Origin: a virus
Taxonomy: Duplodnaviria; Heunggongvirae; Uroviricota; Caudoviricetes
Length of the DNA stretch: 6,905 bases
Reading direction: 5' to 3' (one strand)
IMG/VR virus record: IMGVR_UViG_3300028453_000025
Both the position numbers and the translations under genes were made by a program. Of this stretch, positions 1 through 5,828 are shown piece by piece (the stretch's first letter is position 1; the number at the start of each line of letters is the position of its first letter). A model generated the notes under the pieces. The model worked only from the letters and a program-made list of their open reading frames with translations, was not told the origin of the DNA and made no database searches.

Positions 1-2833
1 CACCGGACATACTGTTTGCCGCCATCTTAATGCCGTTGACAATGGCCGCATTCATAAGAACTTTTGATATTTCCTGCAGGATTGATGCAGCCCAGCTGCG
101 CCATTCCACTTTATTTCCGTTCAGCATCTCCGTGATGTTATTCACCATCCCTGAGATACCGTCTGTCGCAAGCTGTGCTGCCTGTGAAGCGTAATCTGAT
201 GCGCTGTCCACCCAGTTACTTAGCCCTTCCTGCAGCCCTTTCTGCCAGTCAGCACGCTGCGCATCCGATTCGGCATAAAAAGCCTCCTGGTCTTTAAGGC
301 GTTCACTCAGATACTGCGCATTCTGCGCCAGCGCCTGTCTGTAAAAATCCTCACTGATATCCCCTGTCTGATACTGAGACTGCAGGTCCGCATCCTTCTG
401 GCGGTAGCCGTCACGAATCTGCTGCAGCTCCCGCATCCGTTCACGGACCCGCTCACCCTGCCCGTACCCCAGCAGCTCAGCGTCATTTGATGCCCTTGCG
501 TCTGCATTATCATTTTTCAGGGTCTCCTCCCGGGCCCGTAACTGCTCCCGGATTTTCTTCTGGTCAATCAGGGCAGCATTGCGCAGCAGCTCCTGCTTCT
601 GTATCTCCGTCAGGGTTTTCAGCTCGCCCTGCGAGGTCTGGTATTTCAGTTTTGCCAGTTCTGTATTCTTCCCGGCCAGTGCCAGTTGTTCCTTCTGCTG
701 CTTCAGCAGACGGGAAAAACTGTCTTCCGCTTTTTCCGCCCCTGATTTTCCGGCCCGGGATTTGGGTTTATTCGCCTCATTATTGCGCCAGGCTTCCATC
801 GAATTACGGATGTAACGCTGCCTCGCCTCCTGATACGTATCCCCCACCAGACCAAGGTCATCCGCCGCATACCCCAGCCGGGCACGCTCTTTTTCTTCCC
901 CTTTCAGCCGGGACAGGGCCAGTTGACGCTCTGTGTTATTCAGGGCGCTCTGCTGTTTATCATCCAGAGTGGCCTGTGGCAGTCGCAGCGGTACACTCGC
1001 CAGTCCCTGACGCTGTTGCAGCAGTTCATTACCCAGCCCCAGCAGGCGGTTGAATTCCGTATGCTGACCGTTCATGACCAGCAGTGACTGATACGCTTTA
1101 TTCTGCTCTGCTGCCTGCTGACGAATTAACACAACACGGCGCTCTTCCAGTCCGGCAAGCACATCCTGAATGGACTGCGCTTTTTCCTGCATCTGTGCCA
1201 GACGGGACTGCTCAACAGCAAACTGCTCTGTTGCCTGAGCAAGCTCTTCCGTTACAGTTTTCACCGATGTCAGATGGTTTATCATGAAGCCGTTACCGGT
1301 CGTCCAGCCCGGATTAGCCAGCACATACTGATACCCGGCGATTTTTTCCTGCAGGGATTTCACCCGGCTGGCCTGCTCATCAATCAGCCGGTTCTGCTCT
1401 GTCAGCGCCTCCCGTGTTCGCCCTTCATTATCTGAGGCTTCAGGCAGAGACATTGATGGCGTTTTATGCGCGATTTCATCAATCGTCAGTGCATACTGGC
1501 GCGCAGACTCCCTGGCCTGCTCCTGATTCTGGTACAGCGTGTACCATGCGGCAGCTCCCAGCATCACCAGTCCGGGTACGCCTCCAACCAGTCCCAGCGC
1601 ACCGCTCATCAGACGTGAGCCCACCGCCGTTGTACTGTTCAGCGCATTCTGGGCGGCGGTTCTGGCAGCAATATTTCTGTTCAGGCGTTCCTGTGTGACC
1701 GCCAGACGGGCCTCTGCCGCAATCTGCATCTCAGTCCCGCGGGCTGCCGCCACAGCCTGCTGAGCCCGGTACACGGCTGCCCTTGCCCGCGCCGTGGCAA
1801 TCTGCGTTCCCCTTAACTGGGCCTCAGCCAGTGCCACTTCATTACGTGCAGCGGTCACAAGTCCTGCCGTGGCAGACATCGCTCCGGAAGCCAGATTACC
1901 AAAGTACCGGGCCACCCCGACAGCAACCAGCACACCCGCAGCTGTTGCCACGGTATCAATATTTCCGGCCACACCGTTCAGTGCGCCGGAGAGCGTTTTC
2001 GTCGCTCCGCTGGCCTCATTCGCGCCGCCCACCCAGGCCATAAAGGCGTTTTCCACCTTCGTGATCCCGTCAGACACCGTTTCCGGCATGGCTGCATATT
2101 CATCACGCAATATCCCCAGCTGGCTGATTAACGCGGGAACGACTTTATCCGCCGTCAGTTGACCATCGTCCGCCATCGCCTTCAGATCCTTACGGGCCAC
2201 GCCCATGCCTGCAGCCAGTGCGCGAATGATCCGGTCCCCACTTTCATTGACCGAATTAAATTCCTCGCCGCGCAACACCCCCTGTGCCAGCGCCTGGCTG
2301 AACTGGGTGATCACCGAACCCGCCTCTGCCGCACTGGCACCGGAAATTTTCAGCCCTGTCGAAATGGCCTCCGTCACCTTCAGCACATCATCAGCACTGT
2401 AACCATATTCACGCATCGAGGCAGCCGAACGGGCAAACAGGGTCGCATTATCCGAAAATGCGGTGCCTGTCCGCTGGCTGATGTCCATCAGCACTTTCTG
2501 TGATAACGCAAATTCATCCGATGACTGCGACGCCTGTTTCAGACGGGCATTCACGGAGCTCCATTCATCTGCCAGCGAAATCAGGTGTCCGGTGGCAAAG
2601 GCACCGGCAAACGCACTGGTCATTCCGACAGCCGAAGCGCGGATTTCCGTCAACTGGCTGTTCAGCTCAGCCAGAGCCCGGCACTGCTCCCTGGCTGCCG
2701 CAGCAGCCTGACGTCCGCCATTCTGCAGGGTCCGGTAATATTCACTGCCCATACGGGACGCCCGCTGGATCTCCGACTGGAATGACTGTGAATTTGCCGA
2801 AATTTTGATAATCAGTTCACGTAACGTCGCCAT
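1..2833 (-). CDS. Phage tail tape measure protein, 3'-partial (continues beyond window start); about 944 codons in window
   Basis: Minus-strand ATG at 2833..2831, preceded by AGGAGA-type Shine-Dalgarno (complement of 2838..2847) and an in-frame TGA just upstream. My manual translation stays open to position 2, consistent with the ORF track reporting no stop-bounded ORF in this frame. N-terminus (MATLRELIIKISANSQ...FSQALAQGVLRGEEFNSVNESGDRIIRALAAGMGVARKDLKAMADDGQLTADKV) matches the conserved tape-measure N-terminal domain; long Ala/Gln/Glu/Arg-rich coiled-coil middle; window end (..WVDSASDYASQAAQLATDGISGMVNNITEML..) resembles the lambda-H-type C-terminal region. Sits directly downstream of G/G-T. 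Confidence 0.85.
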   Translation of the reverse strand, partial: MATLRELIIKISANSQSFQSEIQRASRMGSEYYRTLQNGGRQAAAAAREQCRALAELNSQLTEIRASAVGMTSAFAGAFATGHLISLADEWSSVNARLKQASQSSDEFALSQKVLMDISQRTGTAFSDNATLFARSAASMREYGYSADDVLKVTEAISTGLKISGASAAEAGSVITQFSQALAQGVLRGEEFNSVNESGDRIIRALAAGMGVARKDLKAMADDGQLTADKVVPALISQLGILRDEYAAMPETVSDGITKVENAFMAWVGGANEASGATKTLSGALNGVAGNIDTVATAAGVLVAVGVARYFGNLASGAMSATAGLVTAARNEVALAEAQLRGTQIATARARAAVYRAQQAVAAARGTEMQIAAEARLAVTQERLNRNIAARTAAQNALNSTTAVGSRLMSGALGLVGGVPGLVMLGAAAWYTLYQNQEQARESARQYALTIDEIAHKTPSMSLPEASDNEGRTREALTEQNRLIDEQASRVKSLQEKIAGYQYVLANPGWTTGNGFMINHLTSVKTVTEELAQATEQFAVEQSRLAQMQEKAQSIQDVLAGLEERRVVLIRQQAAEQNKAYQSLLVMNGQHTEFNRLLGLGNELLQQRQGLASVPLRLPQATLDDKQQSALNNTERQLALSRLKGEEKERARLGYAADDLGLVGDTYQEARQRYIRNSMEAWRNNEANKPKSRAGKSGAEKAEDSFSRLLKQQKEQLALAGKNTELAKLKYQTSQGELKTLTEIQKQELLRNAALIDQKKIREQLRAREETLKNDNADARASNDAELLGYGQGERVRERMRELQQIRDGYRQKDADLQSQYQTGDISEDFYRQALAQNAQYLSERLKDQEAFYAESDAQRADWQKGLQEGLSNWVDSASDYASQAAQLATDGISGMVNNITEMLNGNKVEWRSWAASILQEISKVLMNAAIVNGIKMAANSMSG

Positions 2834-2850
2834 TCACCTTTCTCCTGGCG

Positions 2851-2872
2851 TAAAAAAACCGCCTCAGCGGTT
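2851..2872 (-). terminator. Terminator-like hairpin plus T-tract between G-T stop and tape measure start (possible attenuator)
   Basis: Minus strand reads AACCGC-TGAG-GCGGTT followed by TTTTT: a 6-bp stem (4 GC + 2 AT), 4-nt loop, then a U-run, immediately upstream of the tape measure ribosome binding site. Stem is short, so termination is likely weak or partial. Confidence 0.3.
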
Positions 2873-2880
2873 CTCATCAT

Positions 2881-3560
2881 TCATGACTGTGCTGCAAGGC
2901 TCAGCGCGTCTTCCAGCGCCGCAAACGGATCCACCTCCGGCTTATCCTCATCCTCGCCCCAGCAGAGCATGGCGTCCTTCAGTGCAACATTCATCCCCTG
3001 TGCCCCGAAAACCGCTTTCACGATCTGTGCATTACGGATATCCCCGCGCTCATCACCCAGCGGGGATATCCTGTCGAACTCCATCCACATCATCGCCTCG
3101 CTCGCACTCAGGCTGTGCCGCAGTTCGGATAAGGTGCGCCCCAGACGGAGCGCAAGTCGCATCAGAAAGCGAATTTCCGGGCGGGCTACTTTTTTCTGAC
3201 CGACTCTGCATCAGCGATCAGTTCCAGTGCCTGACGCAGCAAGCGGGCATGTACCGGACCATAGACGGCCAGCACCTGCTCACGGTCGTCCGGAGTGAAC
3301 ACCCGTTGCAGATCCGTATCACACAGGACATCGCAGAACAGCGTCACATCCGCTTCCAGGTTACGGCGGGTTTTCGCCACCACCGACAGAGTATCGTCAT
3401 CCTCTCCATCACCATTGAGCACGTCCTGCCACAGATACCAGGCCTCTGCCGAAGGCTCCCGCAGCACCACGCTGACATTACCCCATTCCGGCACCTTCAC
3501 CGTTTTATGACGAAACCCTGACAGTCTGGCCAGCGCCAGCGTTTTCAGATCCTTTTTCAT
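2881..3560 (-). CDS. G-T tail assembly chaperone fusion made by programmed -1 ribosomal frameshift (about 226 aa)
   Basis: Slippery heptamer A AAA AAG (minus strand, 3195..3189) sits at the last two G codons before the TAG. The -1 frame reads ..KK-VARPEIRFL-MRLALRLGRTLSELRHS.. and continues open into the 93-aa track ORF 2881..3162, stop TGA at 2881..2883. Matches the conserved G/G-T arrangement of long-tailed dsDNA phages. Confidence 0.75.
3186..3560 (-). CDS. Tail assembly chaperone (lambda gpG analogue), 124 aa
   Basis: Start MKKDLKTLALARL at 3560 with GGGGA Shine-Dalgarno (complement of 3561..3574), 14 nt after the major tail protein stop; ends VRKK-TAG at 3186..3188. Acidic and the right size for a G-type chaperone, in the conserved position between major tail and tape measure genes. 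The track's upstream ATG at 3608 would overlap the major tail gene and lacks a ribosome binding site. Confidence 0.8.
   Translation of the reverse strand: MKKDLKTLALARLSGFRHKTVKVPEWGNVSVVLREPSAEAWYLWQDVLNGDGEDDDTLSVVAKTRRNLEADVTLFCDVLCDTDLQRVFTPDDREQVLAVYGPVHARLLRQALELIADAESVRKK
3189..3195 (-). other. -1 programmed frameshift slippery site (A AAA AAG)
   Basis: Read directly: minus strand GTC AGA AAA AAG TAG; heptamer A-AAA-AAG is the classic XXXYYYZ slip motif, and the -1 frame downstream is open for about 100 codons. Confidence 0.7.
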
Positions 3561-3574
3561 GATGCCCCATCCCC

Positions 3575-4291
3575 TTATCCGGCGGCTGCGCTCACTGTCA
3601 CGGTGCATTCAACAGACGTCACACTCTGTGCTTTCTCTGCCGAATCGGTCACCACGCAGGTATATTTCCCCGCATCAGCGGACTGCGCACCGGGCTTACT
3701 GAAGGTGTCTGTCGTCTGCCCGTCAACCGGCTGACCATCCTTCTTCCAGGCGTATTTATACGGCGGCATTCCCCCGTTGGCACTGACTGACATTGTCAGC
3801 AGCGCACCGGTATTCACGGTAAGTGTCTTATCCAGATTTTTCACAAACGCCAGCGGTACCACAAAGGACACCGGTTTGCCTTTCAGACGCAGTGAGAACG
3901 TTGCAGCCACCACGCCGTTGGTACCGGATGACCAGGTGTGCTGACGCACTTCCGCCAGGAATTTAAAGCCCTTACCGGACGGAAACTGCACCTTAAACGC
4001 ATACAACGCGTCATTGTCATAAGCATCACGCAGGGCATTCTGGGCCTGATTCAGATAAAAATTACCCGACATGGAAATCTCGGACGACGCCCCCAGACCG
4101 TTGATGTTCTCCTGCTCTGTGGAGCAGAGCGTGGTCACATCAATATCCTGTTTCTGACCGGCGGTGAACTGGACTTCCTTGATGGTGCAGTCCAGGCGCA
4201 GATATTCCGCCTTATCCATAGTTTCAGCAGTCGCCGGGGCAGATGAAATCATCACCTGCGTCAGCTGTGAGCGTTCATACAAAGCAGACAT
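3575..4291 (-). CDS. Major tail (tail tube) protein with C-terminal Ig-like domain, 238 aa
   Basis: ATG at 4291 with AGGAGG Shine-Dalgarno (complement of 4293..4300), stop TAA at 3575..3577. Sits just upstream of G/G-T. C-terminal roughly 70 aa (..PPYKYAWKKDGQPVDGQ..AGKYTCVVTDSAEKAQS..) has the Ig-fold signature W..(20-30)..Y-x-C-V. Confidence 0.85.
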   Translation of the reverse strand: MSALYERSQLTQVMISSAPATAETMDKAEYLRLDCTIKEVQFTAGQKQDIDVTTLCSTEQENINGLGASSEISMSGNFYLNQAQNALRDAYDNDALYAFKVQFPSGKGFKFLAEVRQHTWSSGTNGVVAATFSLRLKGKPVSFVVPLAFVKNLDKTLTVNTGALLTMSVSANGGMPPYKYAWKKDGQPVDGQTTDTFSKPGAQSADAGKYTCVVTDSAEKAQSVTSVECTVTVSAAAG

Positions 4292-4307
4292 TCTGCCTCC
4301 TGATAAT

Positions 4308-4328
4308 AAAAAACCCGCACGCGGCGGG
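4308..4328 (-). terminator. Terminator-like hairpin plus T6 just upstream of the major tail protein ribosome binding site
   Basis: Minus strand CCCGC-CGCGT-GCGGG (5-bp GC stem, 5-nt loop; plus 4314..4328) followed directly by TTTTTT (plus 4308..4313), then ATTATCAGGAGGCAGA-ATG. Lies in the 66-nt gap between the tail terminator-like gene and the major tail gene. Confidence 0.3.
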
Positions 4329-4357
4329 GTATGGGTTTTGTGGGAAAAAAGAAAAAG

Positions 4358-4702
4358 TCACACCGTGACCTGAAACTCCAGGGTTGCACGGTAACAGCGG
4401 TTTTCCGGAATATAGTCCTGCATTTCACTGACGGCTCCCGGGGCCAGCAGCATTATGGCTTCACGGGCGTCCTGACGTATCTGACGCGCCTGCGTCACAG
4501 TCCCGGCATAAACGTCTATCTGCACCGACACTGAGGACTCCGCCTGCCCGCCCATCACGTCCGCAGACACCGATGAAATCAGGCTGAAAACCACCCACGG
4601 AAGCGCCACCGACGGCCTGCCATCCAGCAGGGGGACCACATACGGGTACACCTGCCCGCCGGCAAGATGCGCCAGATGAGGATACAAATCCGCCTCCGTC
4701 AT
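4358..4702 (-). CDS. Putative tail terminator / tail completion protein (gpU functional analogue), 114 aa
   Basis: ATG at 4702 overlaps the upstream gene stop (ATGA). Call is mainly positional: last small gene before the major tail protein in the canonical siphovirus order, with appropriate size. No specific motif recognised. Confidence 0.5.
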   Translation of the reverse strand: MTEADLYPHLAHLAGGQVYPYVVPLLDGRPSVALPWVVFSLISSVSADVMGGQAESSVSVQIDVYAGTVTQARQIRQDAREAIMLLAPGAVSEMQDYIPENRCYRATLEFQVTV

Positions 4703-5145
4703 CGTCTCAGTACCTCATCAATGGCCCGGTTCATCCGCGCAATCGCCACCTGCGCTGCCTGTTCACTGCGCACATCAAACGCCGGGCGCACAAACGGGTG
4801 CGGTGGCATATTCACGGTCCCCATTTCCACAAACCGCCAGTAGAAAGCATTCCGCGGGTTATCCGCCTTCATGGTGTTATCGCTGTTACCGGTGTCCGGA
4901 TTAACACCACGGATATGGACACCGGATTCCATCCCGCCATCGCGGGAGCGCCGGGAAAGGACCACCACATTGCGGCGCAGTTTTCCCCTGCGCACCGGTG
5001 CCCGTGACACCACTTCTTCTTTCAGCACATTCGCACCCGCACGGGTTGCCTCACGCAGCACCCGGTTGTTTTCCGTACCACTCAGAAGCTGCAAATCGCG
5101 GCTGATGTCCTCCAGCCCCGAAAAATCCAGCAGGGTTTCGATCAT
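4699..5145 (-). CDS. HK97 gp10-family phage protein (neck / tail-attachment component), 148 aa
   Basis: ATG at 5145 in ATGA overlap with the head closure gene stop. N-terminus MIETLLDFSGLEDISRDLQLL....VLREATRAGANVLKEEVVSRAPVRRGKLRR fits the HK97 gp10 family pattern, and the position is canonical. Confidence 0.65.
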   Translation of the reverse strand: MIETLLDFSGLEDISRDLQLLSGTENNRVLREATRAGANVLKEEVVSRAPVRRGKLRRNVVVLSRRSRDGGMESGVHIRGVNPDTGNSDNTMKADNPRNAFYWRFVEMGTVNMPPHPFVRPAFDVRSEQAAQVAIARMNRAIDEVLRR

Positions 5146-5492
5146 TTTTCCCCTCCCAGCCGACAGAGAATTTCCAGACGTCCGCCGGTCGCATCCGGCA
5201 CGGGCAGCCCGACAACGTTCAGGATCCGGTCACGCCATGGACCACTCAGCACATGAAGTCGTGACGCTGCCGTGATTTCCCGACCGGACTGACCGCGCAC
5301 CCAGATGCGGATTTCCGCCTGCGCCATTTCCGCACCGGACTGCATCCGCTCCCGGCTGCTCCTGCCACGGATATCCGCATGAATTTTCCCGCATGACACC
5401 CATTCTTCCGTCATTTCTCCGGCAGCATTACGGGTTAACACCGGGTTCAGAACACTTATCATCTGTGTCAGACGACCTGCATATATTGCCAT
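5142..5492 (-). CDS. Head closure / head-tail joining protein (HK97 gp7 / SPP1 gp16-like), 116 aa
   Basis: ATG at 5492 with GGAGGGGGA Shine-Dalgarno (complement of 5493..5501), 9 nt after the connector stop. Size and position between the gp6-like and gp10-like genes match the canonical head closure protein; sequence similarity not verified. Confidence 0.55.
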   Translation of the reverse strand: MAIYAGRLTQMISVLNPVLTRNAAGEMTEEWVSCGKIHADIRGRSSRERMQSGAEMAQAEIRIWVRGQSGREITAASRLHVLSGPWRDRILNVVGLPVPDATGGRLEILCRLGGEK

Positions 5493-5501
5493 TCCCCCTC
5501 C

Positions 5502-5828
5502 TCATAACACCGTCGGACAACGCAAATCGTAAATCAGCACGGAAACAGAAAACGGCAGCTCCCCCTGAAGCAGTTCTTCCCGCTCCGCAAGATCCGGATT
5601 CCGGTACAGCATCCCGGTCAGCCGCATGGCAGCCCCCTTCATCCGGGTTAATGCCTCGCCCGGGATCAGTTCACCGTCCTCACGAATCACTTTATCCCGG
5701 CTGCCCTGAATGTAGGCCAGCAGCACGGCGGTAGCCTGACGAACCTTGTCCATCAGCATGTCATCATCCGCGTCATGGTCGACACGCAGATGTGCCTTGA
5801 TCTCTTCCAGTGTCAGTAATGCCGTCAT
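5502..5828 (-). CDS. gp6-like head-tail connector (adaptor) protein, 108 aa
   Basis: N-terminus MTALLTLEEIKAHLRVDHDADDDMLMDKVRQATAVLLAYIQ matches the hallmark of the gp6-like connector family (L-x-L-E-E-x-K-x-H-L-R-x-D, acidic run, then helix). ATG at 5828 overlaps the upstream repeat-protein stop (ATGA). Confidence 0.8.
   Translation of the reverse strand: MTALLTLEEIKAHLRVDHDADDDMLMDKVRQATAVLLAYIQGSRDKVIREDGELIPGEALTRMKGAAMRLTGMLYRNPDLAEREELLQGELPFSVSVLIYDLRCPTVL

Noticed and set aside
307-885. Small minus-strand ORFs 307..513 and 703..885
   Set aside because: They are in an alternative frame inside the tape measure gene, Arg/Gly/Trp-rich and without ribosome binding sites.
487-2808. Multiple plus-strand ORFs (487..1053, 1794..2162, 2159..2503, 2500..2808 and others) in the supplied track
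   Set aside because: All lie antisense to the tape measure reading frame. Their translations are Pro/Ala/Ser/Arg-rich low-complexity strings typical of the reverse strand of a GC-rich gene, with no ribosome binding sites and no recognisable motifs.
2815-2880. 22-codon minus-strand mini-ORF starting at the ATGATG right after the T stop (MMRTAEAVFLRQEKGEWRRYVN)
   Set aside because: It has no ribosome binding site, spans the terminator-like hairpin and the tape measure Shine-Dalgarno, and overlaps the tape measure start out of frame; most likely fortuitous.
2805-3521. 238-aa plus-strand ORF antisense to G/G-T
   Set aside because: Pro/Arg/Ser-rich and fully overlapped by the well-supported minus-strand chaperone genes; antisense artefact.
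3561-3608. Track start of the G ORF at 3608 (MHRDSERSRRIRGWGIMKKDL..)
   Set aside because: That ATG lies inside the major tail protein gene and has no Shine-Dalgarno; the ATG at 3560 (MKKDL) follows a GGGGA ribosome binding site right after the major tail stop and is the likely true start.
4292-4357. Possible sigma-70 promoter in the T-rich gap upstream of the major tail gene (TATTAT on minus strand)
   Set aside because: The TATTAT hexamer ends only about 12 nt before the ATG, so a transcript start would fall inside the Shine-Dalgarno; there is no -35 element at proper spacing. Late phage operons are usually driven from one distant late promoter.
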